Notes: a model not told the origin generated them from the sequence alone. A stretch of 64,000 bases of DNA from Candidatus Poribacteria bacterium (GCA_965218095.1 OZ244587.1:5376001-5440000), one strand, 5' to 3'. Positions 1-11,848 are shown, counted from the stretch's first letter. Made by a program: numbers and translations.

Positions 1-303
1 ATCCTTAAAAATGGGAGAGCCGGAGGTTGTGCGGATGCCTTTGGTGTCGACGAGGTCTTTATGCGCTACCGGAAGCCCGTGCAGCGGCCCCACCTCCTCA
101 CCACGTGCAAACATCTCATCGGCGGCACGGGCTTGGTCCACTGCCTGCTCCGGCACGAACGTGACAATTGCGTTCACCTTCGGGTTGACGCGCTCGATCT
201 GCGCTAAATGCGCCTCCATGACCTCCCTGGCGGAAAGGTCCCTTGCACGAATGCGATGGACTAACTCTGTAGCCGCCATAAAGCAGATCTCTGGATTGGA
301 CAT
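1..303 (-). CDS. Amidase (amidase signature/GatA-like), N-terminal part; runs off the window edge
   Basis: Manual translation from CAT 301-303 with upstream GAAAGGAG: MSNPEICFMAATELVHRIRARDLSAREVMEAHLAQIERVNPKVNAIVT...GPLHGLPVAHKDLVDTKGIRTTSGS; not in ORF track. Confidence 0.9.
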   Translation of the reverse strand, partial: MSNPEICFMAATELVHRIRARDLSAREVMEAHLAQIERVNPKVNAIVTFVPEQAVDQARAADEMFARGEEVGPLHGLPVAHKDLVDTKGIRTTSGSPIFKD

Positions 304-678
304 AATGTTCTCCTTTCAAATGTAGCCGGGCCGGACGCTCAATAACCATCCGGAAGCCGCGAGTGACGCGATCGGCAACTTGTCCGGGATGACCCACGCT
401 AACGTTGTCCCATGTGCTGAGGAACCATCTTATTAGATATTCTAACTCCATCAGGTAAGAATGACAACAACTTTATTATTTTCACACCTGCAACAATTAG
501 AAATTTCCCATAAGAAACCCCGATTTGCGATCGGGGTTCATCAACGGATTTGACCGCAAATTTGCGCGGTGTGAGAAACCTTCTGAAGGTTATTTCTAAA
601 TTTAGGAACTTGATCAAATTAACCAAATGGAGTATAATGGGATTTGAAGACCGTTTTACTTACGAAAGGATGCCCTGA

Positions 679-981
679 ATGAATAAGCCCAACATTTTTT
701 ACATCCACTCTCACGACACAGGGTGTTATGTTCAGCCTTACGGTCATGCGATACCGACGTCTCTGCTGTTACGAGCCTCAACGAACGGTACGGATGATGA
801 AAAGTACCTGAACGTATTGAAGAATATGCATCGTCGGTTGGAGCGTTGGAGGGAGGAGACCGATGAGCCATTGTTAGAAGAACCGATAATGAGTCCACCG
901 AAGACCACCGTCGTAAATGATCCGGATGATCTGTTACCGACAAGCGCAATGCACCCAGCGAGAGATTTCATGAGGATTTAG
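679..981 (+). pseudogene. Internally deleted sulfatase remnant
   Basis: Sulfatase N-terminus (MNKPNIFYIHSHDTG..PYGHAIPT) joined directly to a typical C-terminus (LKNMHRRLERWREETDEPLL); no CxPxR core. Confidence 0.7.
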
Positions 982-1034
982 ATTGTATAAATCGCGTATC
1001 AGCTTGCAACACTACTACTGAGGAGTTCAATGCA

Positions 1035-1724
1035 ATGAATTTTGAAGAAATTAAACGGCGACTGTTGGTTCTTGATACCGCTTGTGTATGTGACGCCAAC
1101 AAAGCGCTCAGAATTGCCGATCCCACTGTTAAAGAGCTTAGAGTCATTGACCCTGCCATTCGTCCAATCCGAACCGGCCTCAAACTCGTCGGACGTGCAC
1201 ACACAGTGACGTGTCATGAAGACTTTCTTACGGTAATCAAAGGGCTACGGGACGCTGAACCGGGAGAGGTGCTTGTCATTGATACCCAGGGCAGTCGTAG
1301 GGCGGTGGCGGGTGAACTGTTTCCGACCGAGGCGGCGCGAAAGAATTTAGCCGGAATTGTGATAGATGGTTCCTGCCGGGATACCAAAACGATCAGAACG
1401 CTAGATGTCCCTTATTACGCCCGGTCAATCATCCCCATTGCGGGTACCACTTCTAAGATCTTCGAGACACAAATCCCAATCACGTGTGGAGGCGTTATCG
1501 TGAACCCAGGGGATATCATTTTCGGTGACGACGATGGTATTGTTGTGGCGACCGCGGCTCAACTGTCGGAGCTTATCGCAATTGCCGAGGATATCCAGAA
1601 GAAGGAAGATTTGCTGCTGAAAAAGATGGCAGAGGGCGTGAGCCTGCTTGATATGTTAAATTTCGACGATCATTATGCATCGGTAAGCGCTGGAAAAGCA
1701 AGCAAGTTAGAATTTACGGTTTGA
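1035..1724 (+). CDS. RraA family / HMG aldolase-like protein
   Basis: TACVCDA, LVGRAHTV, GIVIDGSCRD, VNPGDIIFGDDDGIVV motifs; GAGGAG RBS. Confidence 0.9.
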   Translation: MNFEEIKRRLLVLDTACVCDANKALRIADPTVKELRVIDPAIRPIRTGLKLVGRAHTVTCHEDFLTVIKGLRDAEPGEVLVIDTQGSRRAVAGELFPTEAARKNLAGIVIDGSCRDTKTIRTLDVPYYARSIIPIAGTTSKIFETQIPITCGGVIVNPGDIIFGDDDGIVVATAAQLSELIAIAEDIQKKEDLLLKKMAEGVSLLDMLNFDDHYASVSAGKASKLEFTV

Positions 1725-1809
1725 ACACACCCTGATCAGGGTTGAGACCCACACCCAATTGCTACCCTATGCCGCCAATAGGTCGGATCCAAGGTGCGGA
1801 CGCGAGCCT

Positions 1810-1983
1810 TATACTAAATTCGGTTTGAAATTTCTCATTCTAAAAACAGTGGACGCAGGAGGGCAAAGCTCCCGCCGAGCCAACACCGGCTGGATTCGGT
1901 CCGATTTTCGAACGAGCACGGGAGCCTCACCCTCCCAACCCATAAGCCAATTCATGGGAAATCAGAAACCTGAATCTGTATTA
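1810..1983. mobile_element. MITE-like element with imperfect TIRs enclosing a REP-like pair
   Basis: Left TATACTAAATTCGGTTTGAAATTTCTCAT vs reverse complement of right end TAATACAGATTCAGGTTTCTGATTTCCCAT; internal GGAGGGCAAAGCTCCCG ... CGGGAGCCTCACCCTCC. Confidence 0.55.
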
Positions 1984-2781
1984 GCCCATCGATATCCCGC
2001 CATCTACATGGATGGTCTGTCCGGTGATGTTTCGAGCCTCCTCTGATGCCAGGAAGACGACTAGGTTACCGATGTCCTCTGGCGCCTGTTCCCGCTGTAG
2101 TGGCGTGTTCTGTTTCACCCACTGCTCGAACAAAGCACGTGGCTCCAACCCGGCGTAAGCAGGCTCGCCCCTGGCAATCAGCGGCGCCAACTTGTGCCAG
2201 AAAGGGGTCCAGACTAGCCCCGGACAGACTGCATTGACGTTGATGTTATAGGGACCGAGGTCCTTGGCAACGAGCCGCGTCAGGTTCAACAGGGCGTTCT
2301 TCGCCGCCACGTAGGCCGGCACAATCTGCGAGTCCCGCTTTGCCGCGATCGATGATATGTTGATAATCTTCCCAAACTCCCGTTCCATCATGTGAGGAGC
2401 AACCGCCTTGCAGAGGAAAAAGGGACCTTTGACGTGAACTGCATAGTTTTCGTCCCATTCCGCCTCCGTCTGGTTGGTGAACGGAAGTCCAAGCCGCTCA
2501 CCGAAATGCCCAGCGTTGTTGACGAGAATATCCACATGCCCGAACCCCTTGAGGGCTTCCTCCACCAGAGCCTTGCAATCCGCTTCTTTCGTTACGTCCG
2601 ACCGGGCGGCCAACCCACGCCGGCCGGCCTGGCGGACTTTCTCAACACATCGCTGTGCAGCATCGAGGTTCACGTCCGACACAACCACATCTGCACCTTC
2701 TCTTGTAAGACATGTACAGATACCACGCCCCATCCCCCCGCCTCCTCCAGTGACGATGGCGATTCTATCTTTCAAACGCAT
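1981..2781 (-). CDS. SDR family oxidoreductase
   Basis: TGGGGGMG, NNAG, YVAAK, ITGQTIHVDGG. Confidence 0.95.
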   Translation of the reverse strand: MRLKDRIAIVTGGGGGMGRGICTCLTREGADVVVSDVNLDAAQRCVEKVRQAGRRGLAARSDVTKEADCKALVEEALKGFGHVDILVNNAGHFGERLGLPFTNQTEAEWDENYAVHVKGPFFLCKAVAPHMMEREFGKIINISSIAAKRDSQIVPAYVAAKNALLNLTRLVAKDLGPYNINVNAVCPGLVWTPFWHKLAPLIARGEPAYAGLEPRALFEQWVKQNTPLQREQAPEDIGNLVVFLASEEARNITGQTIHVDGGISMG

Positions 2782-3060
2782 GGAAGTCTCCCTTGACTCA
2801 AATTGATATTTTATCCTTTCCCTTCACCATTCTAGCATAAAGCCAAGATCTTCTCAAGCAAAATAATTGTTGCTTTTGCCTCATTGATTGTTATATAATC
2901 GAGAGGTAGTCATTATTGTTGCCATCGGATCCCTGCAAAGGTTTCAAACCTTCGCAAGGTTGAGAATCATAATCAGGCGAAAATCATTGCCAAACACCCC
3001 CGAAAAGGCGCGGCGTTCTCCCTGTCCTGGAAGGGCGAGGTTTCCGCCGCGAAGATTTCT

Positions 3061-4128
3061 ATGAAAAAACACATTTTAGTTGTGACCATTGACACCCTCC
3101 GTGCCGATTACGTCGGCTGTTATAAGGTGCGGTCAATCCGTACACCCAATCTGGATGCTTTCGCCGCTTCCGGCGTCCGTTTCGATCACTACCTGACCAG
3201 TCTAGCGACGACCCTGCCGTCGCATTGCAGCCTGATGACCGGCTGCACCCCTACGGTCCATGGCGTGAACTGGAACAACGTCAAAACTCCGCGCCGACGC
3301 AAAACGTTAGCGGAAATTGCGATTGGAGAGGGTTACACCACAACAGCGATCACCAGTTGGGGCGGCTTCCAGAGCCAGCAGGTTCTCGGCTTCGAAAACG
3401 CCTACAGCAAGAGTAGTGCTGGCTCGGAAGAAAATCGCGGCGACCGCACACTTGAGCGAGTCAAAGAATGGTTGCAAAATGTCGACGAAAAACATCCACA
3501 ACTCCTATGGGTGCATTTCATCGATCCACATACGCCAGATAACTGCCCGCCTCCATATCCTCAGACCTACAGTGGCGAAGTGGAATTCGTTGATTCCTTG
3601 GTGGGTGACTTGTTGACAGGTTGGGATGAGAAACTGGGAGCAGAGGAAACCTTTGCCGTCGTTACAGCAGATCATGGCGAGCATCTCAATGACCACGGTG
3701 TGGAACGGGGCCATGGCACGCTTTGGCATACGAACCTTTGGGTGCCGCTTCTGATGCGGTCACCTGGAATCATCTCACCTCGCACGGTCGTCTCAGAATT
3801 GACCCGTCAGATTGATGTTCTGCCAACTATTCTCGATTATTGCGGTCTGCCTATGCCGTATAACGTGGAAGGCATGTCCCTGCGCGGCCTGATTGAAGGG
3901 ACGGACGTCGATCTTCAGTTCGTCCATCAGGGCCAGGCGATTCATGGCGATACATATACAGTGACGGTACGAAACGAAGAATATGCCTTCCACTTTGGGG
4001 ATGACAAAGATCTAGTACATGTCTTTGACCTGCGCAGCGATTCGGACGAAGAGAATGATCAATGGCTGCGGGAGGGCGAAGCCAGACATTCGGTGGAACA
4101 TTCTGTTCGTGATGCCCAGGCGTGTTGA
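3061..4128 (+). CDS. Sulfatase-like hydrolase (alkaline phosphatase superfamily)
   Basis: VTIDTLRAD, TLPSHCSLMTG, HFIDPH, TADHGE. Confidence 0.9.
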   Translation: MKKHILVVTIDTLRADYVGCYKVRSIRTPNLDAFAASGVRFDHYLTSLATTLPSHCSLMTGCTPTVHGVNWNNVKTPRRRKTLAEIAIGEGYTTTAITSWGGFQSQQVLGFENAYSKSSAGSEENRGDRTLERVKEWLQNVDEKHPQLLWVHFIDPHTPDNCPPPYPQTYSGEVEFVDSLVGDLLTGWDEKLGAEETFAVVTADHGEHLNDHGVERGHGTLWHTNLWVPLLMRSPGIISPRTVVSELTRQIDVLPTILDYCGLPMPYNVEGMSLRGLIEGTDVDLQFVHQGQAIHGDTYTVTVRNEEYAFHFGDDKDLVHVFDLRSDSDEENDQWLREGEARHSVEHSVRDAQAC

Positions 4129-4274
4129 TAAAACAGTTTGTCCCCTTTGCGGACAGCTACCTCCGCATCCGGCGGCTTACCTCAAAATGGGTGGAACTAG
4201 GGTTGAAGTAGGGAAGCGGAGAACCGCTGCTTCGACATACGGAAATGAATCGAAATGGCATAAAGAGGTGAATC

Positions 4275-5255
4275 ATGGAAGAACTTCGTTTCGGCATTAT
4301 CGGTTCCGGCGGCATGGCACACGCCCGTGCGGAGCGGATTACCCGCAACCCGCGGGGACGGTTGATCTGTGTTGCGTCGCGCAATCCCACAACCGGTCAG
4401 GCTTTAGCCAAGGCTTACGGTGTGCCGTTCCTCCCGGACTGGCAGGCGTTGATTGAACGTGAAGATGTGGATGCCCTCCTCGTGGCAACCCATCAGGGGA
4501 CGCACGCACTGATGAGCCTCGCAGCACTAGGAGCCGGAAAGCATGTATTTACCGAGTCACCGATGGCATTGAGTATGGACGATGCCGACGCCATAATTCA
4601 GCGCATGCAGGCTAACGGACTTGCGCTGCGCGTCGGGCACACTAGTGTACTGCAAAACGTACACACGCTGATGAAGATAGAAGCAGGTGCACTTGGCAAC
4701 CTCCTTTTAGCCGTCATGCACATTCACTGGAACAATGACACGCGAGGAGAACAGTTGGCGGGCTTTCATACAGAGATCAGTGGACACCCGTTCTTCATGG
4801 GCATAACGTTAGCGTTTCCAATTTTCGATCTATGTCCCGATGTCACATGGGTTGATGCACACTGTACGTTTCACAACCTCGACGCGGCAGGCGCGTTCGA
4901 CAAGTGTATGGCGAGCATGCAGGTTGGTTTTGCAAACGGCGGCATAGGACAAGTTGTCTATGCACGGGGCCTGGCGCAGCCCGGCAGTGCGTGGCGGCGT
5001 TTCCTCTTTAGCGAAGGCACACTCGAATATCGTCAGGGTGAACCACATGTGCGCAAAGCAACAACGGCGGGCGAAGTCAGCCTCCCTATCCCGGACGTTG
5101 ATGCTTGGCAGGTGGAGGTAGACGACTTCATCACAGGTGTGTTGGATGGCACGCCGCTGCTGGTATCGCCGGAGGAAGCTAGGCGTGTGGTAGTCATCGG
5201 GGCGGAGGCAGTAACATCGGCAACCGAAGGACGGCGGGTGAGTCTCTCTGTCTGA
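4275..5255 (+). CDS. Gfo/Idh/MocA oxidoreductase
   Basis: GIIGSGGMA, AGKHVFTESPMA. Confidence 0.9.
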   Translation: MEELRFGIIGSGGMAHARAERITRNPRGRLICVASRNPTTGQALAKAYGVPFLPDWQALIEREDVDALLVATHQGTHALMSLAALGAGKHVFTESPMALSMDDADAIIQRMQANGLALRVGHTSVLQNVHTLMKIEAGALGNLLLAVMHIHWNNDTRGEQLAGFHTEISGHPFFMGITLAFPIFDLCPDVTWVDAHCTFHNLDAAGAFDKCMASMQVGFANGGIGQVVYARGLAQPGSAWRRFLFSEGTLEYRQGEPHVRKATTAGEVSLPIPDVDAWQVEVDDFITGVLDGTPLLVSPEEARRVVVIGAEAVTSATEGRRVSLSV

Positions 5256-5669
5256 AAAATACCGGACCAACTCTTTCTGCCCGTCAGATCCGTTACCGGA
5301 GGAGATCCAAGAGGACTTGTCGCTGATTAGAGCTGCTTTACAAGACATAAGTACCCACCCCGGTTTTGATAAACTATTGTAAGGGGCAACACCCCATACG
5401 TACTAAGCTAACGTGACGAACCCCGTAGGAGTGGCATGTTTATAGAGCCCGCCTGGTTTCGATACGGCTCCGCCTACTCGACCGGCTATTTTTGTTCTAT
5501 TCCTGATGAAATTGTGCTATAATCAAGTCACAATTGAAATGAGACTTCCGAACTTCCAGGATTCTCATTCCGTTTTTTCGTTGCATTTCAATGTATCTCA
5601 AAATCGGGTTCCCTGTCTTGAAATTGGGGAGTACTATAATATTCCCAAACCCAAAGGAGGAAATGAAAA

Positions 5670-7391
5670 ATGAGACAAAGTTATTGGAGATTTGTCTGTC
5701 TGCTAAGCGCCGGCTTACTTGTGAATATGGCAAGCTGGGCAGGCGGGGTGATTTTGCCTTTTGAACACTAAACTCGACACATGGAGCAGAAACCCGGAGC
5801 AGCGATGTTTGACTACGATAATGATGGCGATCTCAACATCTACGTGACCAATGACGGGCCCAACGCACTCTATCTAAACAATGGCGACGGCACATTCACA
5901 GACATCACAGATTCCGCAGATGTGATCTCGCCATTCCGGTCAAGCACCTGTGCCTTTGCCGACATCGACGATGATGGGTACGTGGATCTCTATGTTGGGA
6001 CAGCCCATTGGTTATATGGCTTCAACGAATTATATTGCAACAACGGTGATTTGACCTTTACAAACATTAGCGAGCAAACCGGAACAGCCGGTGGGTATTC
6101 TTGGTCGGTTGTTTTTTGCGACTACGACAATGACGGTGACTAGGACATTTTCACGGCAAATGATCAAGGGATCTCCAAGGAAGGTGAACGTAACCCGGTC
6201 ATGCTCTTCCGAAACGACGGAAATCTAAATTTTACCAACGTCACAAACGAGGCAGGTTTGAGCGCCACCGGCCTTTGGATGGGGCTTGCGTTCGGTGACT
6301 ATGACCTCGACGGGGATTTTGATCTCTTTGCGACAAACGTTGGTACTTCCCGTGAAGACATTGAATTTCCAGATACCAGGTGCCATGCCCTCTACCGCAA
6401 CAACGGGAATGGCACATTTACGAATGTGGCGGAGGAGTTAGGCCTCGCGCGTTGGGAGTTTGGTTGGGGAACGGCTTTCACCGACTTCGATAATGATGGC
6501 GACAGCGATCTCTACTTTGTTGGAAATTTCCCAACTATGGGCGTTGAAGATAACCCGGGGCATTTGTTTATCAACAATAGCGATGGGACGTTTGCAGAAT
6601 CGACAGGAAAATATGGCCTGTGGACGCAGGATGAGAGTGGGAAAAACACATACGCCGTGGGGCTTGCGGCGGGAGATGTGAACGACGACGGACATGTGTA
6701 CCTATTTGTGGTGAACGCAGCCACCGTGGAAACACTAGGCTATCCGATCCCATTTAGCGAGAAGTTTGATAATAACCATTGGATTCGAGTTCAGTTAGAG
6801 GGGTTGATGAGCAACCGCAGTGGGATTGGCGCGCGGGTTTCTGTGACTGCCGGCGGACGCACTCAAATTCAAGAGGTCGCTAGCGGCGCCAGTAGTTTCT
6901 CGCAGCACAGTCTCGATCTTACCTTCGGGTTAGGAAACCATTCGCAGGCTGATGTGATTGAAATTCGCTGGCCCAGTGGGGCAATTCAAACATTTGAGTC
7001 GGTGGATGCCAATCAAACCGTGAAAATCCGAGAATTCTCTCCGCTTGTTGTCGCTGTCGAACCGGGGGACAAACAACGGATAATGTCTGAGAAAATCGAG
7101 TACAATGTCCTGTTTCAGAACTACCCGAATCCGTTTAATCCTGAAATGTGGATTCCGTACCGGATTGCTTCTGATGTGGAAGTCTCGATCTCCATTTATA
7201 GCGTTGATGGCTTGCTTATTCATCGAATTGAGCTTGGGCAGCAAAGGGCAGGAATATACCTCTCCCGCGAGCGGGCGGCGTACTGGAACAGGCGGGATAT
7301 ACATGGCGAACAGGTTTCAAGCGGTGTATACTTTTACCAAATGAACGCCGGCAATTTCACGTCTCAACGGAAAATGGTTATCCTCAGGTAA
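5670..7391 (+). pseudogene. CRTAC1/FG-GAP repeat + ASPIC/UnbV protein with Poribacteria-type C-terminal domain; two in-frame stops
   Basis: One frame from ATG 5670 (signal-like MRQSYWRFVCLLSAGLL) with TAA 5769-5771 and TAG 6141-6143; DYDNDGD repeats, NRSGIGARV, QNYPNPFNPEMWIPY. Confidence 0.85.
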
Positions 7392-7550
7392 TCAGTATAT
7401 GGATTTTCCAATTTTTTAATCATCCCGAACCCATACTATAACAACTAATCGACTTACTATCTCCGAAACACTATTGCTGTCGGGATGGTTTAATCTTGGA
7501 AACACCCATCACAAACCGCACGCCTCCGTTAAGACTTGAGGTTTTTTTAC

Positions 7551-9494
7551 ATGGGAAAACCACCAGAAAAGGACTTACCAAGCGTCACTCTGCGTGCTTT
7601 TTTGATTGGATTAATCTTAATTCCACCTAACTGTTATTGGGTGGTTCAAAGTGAGGCAGTTTGGGGCACGACCTATTTGACCGTCGTGTCCCTTTTTTTT
7701 AATGTAACCTTCACCCTCCTGGTCTTAGTGGCGCTCAACGCATTATGCAAGCAAATCGTCCCAAAAGGGGCGTTAAAGCAGGGGGAATTGCTCACAATCT
7801 ATGTAATGCTATGTCTGGGCTCCAGCATCGCGGGGAATAACTTCCTCTTGAACCTTGTGCTTACACTCGGATTTCCTTTTTGGTACGCTACACCTGAGAA
7901 TGAATGGTCCCAACTGTTCTTTCGATTTGTGCCCGACTGGTTGGCGGTCAAAGACAAAGCGGCATTGCAGGGATTTTATAAAGGCGAGTCCAGTATCTAT
8001 ATCATGGAATATCTCACCATCTGGCTGAAGCCGCTCGCTTTCTGGGCGGCCTTTTCAATGGTGCTGATATTCACTTTACTGTGTGCCGTGGCACTTGTCA
8101 GAAAACAGTGGACAGAATCTGAAAAGTTGTCTTATCCGATTATTCAAGTCCCGTTGGAGCTGACACGAAACGGCACTGGAAGCGGCCTCTTCTCAAACAG
8201 GTTGTTTCTATTGGGATTTGGACTGATGGCAACGATTACTGTAATCAATGGATTGCATTTTCATTACCCTGTGGTTCCTAACCTTCGTTTGCGGACTTCG
8301 ATCGGTCATCTATTCACGGAAAAACCGTGGAATGCCATCGGTTGGACGCCGCTTGTAATTTATCCGTGGATTGTCGGACTTACGTTTTTTATCCCACTCG
8401 ATTTGTCGTTCTCGGTTTGGTTTTTCTATCTATTTGCCAAAGTACAACGAATCATGGGAGGCTCCATGGGTTGGATGAGTCTGCAAAGTTTTCCCTATCT
8501 CCATCAACAATCAACTGGCGCATGGCTGGGGCTCTTTGTCATTGCATTGTGGTTGACCCGGAAACATCTGAAGGGTGCTTTCGCTGAAGCGTTGAGATTT
8601 CGTGTGAAAACTCAGCAGAGATCTCTTGTTAAAACAGAACCCATGAGTTATCGAACCGCCTTGATAGGCTTGATCTTAGGACTTTCTTTTCTAGCCGTAT
8701 TCTGTATCGCTGCTGGAATGTCTTTCTGGATAACATTATCGTTTCTAATCTTGTTGATCGGTTTGGAAACCGCCATCACTCGGATGCGTGCTGAACTCGG
8801 TCCGCCGATACATGAAATAAATAGAGTCGGTCCGGACTTTTTCCTGGCGACGGCGCTGGGCACTCGGCGTCTAGGCGGGAAAAATTTGACGATGTTAACT
8901 TATCTTTACTTTACTGTCCGTAATCCAACAAGCCACCCCATGCCCCATCAACTGGAAGGCTTCAAACTGGCAGAACTTGTAGGCATCAATTCCAAAAGGC
9001 TTGCCGCCGCGATGATGATAGCAGTCGCGGTTGGGATTATATCCGCTTTATGGGTTTTGCTGCACGCCGCTTACAAAACCGGTGTCGCCTCGGGATTCAC
9101 AGGGTATGTCGGTATACCACGGGAATCGTTCCCCCGGCTAGCGTTGTGGATACAGGAGCCAAGCAACACAAACTACGTTCGATTTGGGTTTATTGGGATC
9201 GGTTTATTGTTTTCCCTGATGCTCATGTTTCTTCGGAGCCAATTTTTATGGTGGTCATTGCACCCTGTCGGATATGCGCTATCAACGAGTGGCTGGGTTA
9301 TCAATTACATCTGGTTCTCATTTATGGTGAGTTGGTTCATCAAGTGGATTATCCTGAGACATGGACACCTCAAAGCATACCGAAACGCAACGCCTTTTTT
9401 CTTTGGCCTCATCTTGGGTGAATATGCAGTCGGTTGCTCCTGGAACCTTCTCGGTATTGTGTTGGGATTCCCGACCTACGGCTTCTTTGAATGA
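7551..9494 (+). CDS. Multi-pass membrane protein, DUF6785/DUF6784-like (OPT-like), expanded in Poribacteria
   Basis: VRKQWTESEKLSYP, TRMRAELGPP, WWSLHPVGY, PFFFGLILGE; many TM helices. Confidence 0.8.
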   Translation: MGKPPEKDLPSVTLRAFLIGLILIPPNCYWVVQSEAVWGTTYLTVVSLFFNVTFTLLVLVALNALCKQIVPKGALKQGELLTIYVMLCLGSSIAGNNFLLNLVLTLGFPFWYATPENEWSQLFFRFVPDWLAVKDKAALQGFYKGESSIYIMEYLTIWLKPLAFWAAFSMVLIFTLLCAVALVRKQWTESEKLSYPIIQVPLELTRNGTGSGLFSNRLFLLGFGLMATITVINGLHFHYPVVPNLRLRTSIGHLFTEKPWNAIGWTPLVIYPWIVGLTFFIPLDLSFSVWFFYLFAKVQRIMGGSMGWMSLQSFPYLHQQSTGAWLGLFVIALWLTRKHLKGAFAEALRFRVKTQQRSLVKTEPMSYRTALIGLILGLSFLAVFCIAAGMSFWITLSFLILLIGLETAITRMRAELGPPIHEINRVGPDFFLATALGTRRLGGKNLTMLTYLYFTVRNPTSHPMPHQLEGFKLAELVGINSKRLAAAMMIAVAVGIISALWVLLHAAYKTGVASGFTGYVGIPRESFPRLALWIQEPSNTNYVRFGFIGIGLLFSLMLMFLRSQFLWWSLHPVGYALSTSGWVINYIWFSFMVSWFIKWIILRHGHLKAYRNATPFFFGLILGEYAVGCSWNLLGIVLGFPTYGFFE

Positions 9495-9875
9495 CCAAAC
9501 CTTGAGTCGAATGCCTCCATTATTGAGAGTATCAGCAACTACAGCCCTTTACTTAGATGGTTATTACTAAATGTTTGGTGCGCACAGGGACAGAATCTCT
9601 GCCTTTTCGTTAATTGGTGACGAGTGGTTCTCACCCCTCAACGATGAGTCGTCACGCATCACTTCTCACTTTTCACGCCGGACGCAGACAACGGGTGCAA
9701 CGTTGGCTGACTTTCTCAAGGGTTTATCGATAGTACACATGCCGATAAGTGCTTGACAAAACCAGTATAAATAGGTTATGTTATGTTCAGTAATTTCTTG
9801 TTAAAATTCTATCGGATACCAGACGAAAAGCTGATTTCGTACATCTTCCCAGCCCGCGTTTTCCGGAGGTAAAAA

Positions 9876-11351
9876 ATGAATGCCAAAAGAACCTCAAGTG
9901 CTTTTCTGACCTCAATGATTCTTCACGGGGTCATTTTCTTCATCGCAGGGATATATCTTGTCACCCAAACCCAACAGTTCAAAGATTTAGTCGGCGCTGA
10001 AGTCCTGCAAGCGAAGGAGCCCCCCAAGCCCAAAGTTCGTAAACCGGTCATCAAACCGGTCGTCAAGCCAACGGTTCCAACCACAAATACCGTCATCGTT
10101 GAGCAAGTGCAAGTCCAACCTAGAGTGACCACTGCAGCTGTGGTTCGGACCACCTCGGTCCAGCCACAGACCGTGCTGGAATTCTCCAATAAAGCGGTGA
10201 AGCTGAACGCACCTATTAATCCAAACCTTCCAAAAGTAGTCACCTCCAATACCCTAGCGCCTCAGGTGGTGACCCACGCTGAGTTGCCTGTTTCGGATGC
10301 GCCCGGCGCGCTGGCATTTTCCGCCCCTGTGGCGACTGCCCCCAGCGCAATGCCGGCGACCCTTGGTCGCGGTGTTGCGGGTGGTATTGTACAGGTGAAA
10401 GTTGCTTTTGAGCGCCCGGTGGGGCTTGCGATGGTCAAGGAAGTAGGCGTGATTCGCGATGCCTTAGGTGATGTCGTTGAAAACATCACACTGGGTAATA
10501 TCGAGGTGCGCCCCCTACCACGTGGTGAACCGGGGGGACGTATTGTTGGTAGAGGTCGTGACTTTCACGCCGTGTTCCGCTTCACTCGGGTTCGTCACAA
10601 CCTCTCTGACTGGTGGGCGGATGCGTCCGCACTGAACGCATTTACCAAATGGCTTAATCAACGCACGCCAATCAAAGCCGACATGAACGTTGAAGGGGGC
10701 GCCCTTACATTTTCTGACATGAACATCATGAAATCGCCGTTGCTCTTCATGACGGGGCATTCTCCTTCACACGCCCGCGGATTGTTGCGTCGTGGTATAG
10801 CTGGAGATAGGCTGGTAAACCGACTCACCGAGCGGGAAGCCACTACATTGCGGCAGTATCTCGTCGAAAAAGGAGGCTTTCTCGTCTTTGACGACTGCGG
10901 TGTGGACGCGCAAGCCCAAGGGATGGCTCGCAGATTCCTCGCTCAGATGCGATATGTGATGCCAGAGTATCACGTTGAACGTATTCCCAACGACCACGAA
11001 CTCTACAACAATTTCTATCAAATGGGTGGCCCGCCGGTTGGGTTCGATATTTTCTGGTGGGGAAGCGCCCAACACGTACGGAATTTCCTAGAAGGGTTCT
11101 CCGTTGGCGAAAGACTTGCCGCCATGCTCGTCCGCCGTGACTATATGTGTTCTATGGAGGCAGTCAGTTTGCCAACCCGTGGCACCCACTACTCTCCCAG
11201 TGTCTATCGTTTCATGACCAACGTCGCGCTCTACTCGCTGACGCACGGTTCGATTTCGGATTACGGGGATTATGTGCCAGAAGATAAGTTGGCAGAGCAG
11301 AAGCTGCCAAGGCGTGCGCCAGAAGTTACAAGAATCGGAGCTCTTAAGTAA
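9876..11351 (+). CDS. DUF4159-like domain protein with N-terminal anchor and Pro-rich linker
   Basis: SMILHGVIFF anchor; PLLFMTGH, LRQYLVEKGGFLVFDDC, IPNDHELY, NVALYSLTH. Confidence 0.8.
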   Translation: MNAKRTSSAFLTSMILHGVIFFIAGIYLVTQTQQFKDLVGAEVLQAKEPPKPKVRKPVIKPVVKPTVPTTNTVIVEQVQVQPRVTTAAVVRTTSVQPQTVLEFSNKAVKLNAPINPNLPKVVTSNTLAPQVVTHAELPVSDAPGALAFSAPVATAPSAMPATLGRGVAGGIVQVKVAFERPVGLAMVKEVGVIRDALGDVVENITLGNIEVRPLPRGEPGGRIVGRGRDFHAVFRFTRVRHNLSDWWADASALNAFTKWLNQRTPIKADMNVEGGALTFSDMNIMKSPLLFMTGHSPSHARGLLRRGIAGDRLVNRLTEREATTLRQYLVEKGGFLVFDDCGVDAQAQGMARRFLAQMRYVMPEYHVERIPNDHELYNNFYQMGGPPVGFDIFWWGSAQHVRNFLEGFSVGERLAAMLVRRDYMCSMEAVSLPTRGTHYSPSVYRFMTNVALYSLTHGSISDYGDYVPEDKLAEQKLPRRAPEVTRIGALK

Positions 11352-11609
11352 TAGCAGGTAGACGGTAATTGTTGTTAAGTAAGCGCGTATTTTTCACCCT
11401 CAGAGGGGGGAGGAAGCCAGTAGAATAGCCTTGGAGGGAGTCGAGCCCGGAGACGAGTTGCTGTTGAGTGTGAATACATTACGAAGGAAGTTGGTCAAGA
11501 ACTATTCCAACAACCTCATCGGCAAACTCGTCACAATAGAGAATAACCCTGATAAATGGTTACCCAAACCGAACAGATCGAAATAATTTCCCGCTCCCTC
11601 GTCTCCTCT

Positions 11610-11848
11610 CTAGGTTCTGTTGACATTTGATAAATTGAACCCATCTTGATGCACTTTGGACGCATTACCCCGGTGATTTAAGACAAATGGAACGGAGATC
11701 TCCGTTCCCTACGAATTAGGCTTGCTTCTATGTACCGGTGGGGCATATCGTAGGGAGCAACGATCGTTGTTCCCTACAACTCATTTACCGTGGCAACACT
11801 TTCCAGCGTTTTCCGAATTGGGAACATCAAAATGTCAACATGCCCTAG
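11610..11848. mobile_element. IS5-derived MITE carrying REP-like palindromes
   Basis: CTAG-GTTCTGTTGACATTT ... AAATGTCAACATGCC-CTAG; left end identical to the TIR of the IS5 copies in this window. Confidence 0.8.

Noticed and set aside
11380-11586. Short ORF-like remnants here and at ~26585-26670
   Set aside because: No start or recognisable family.
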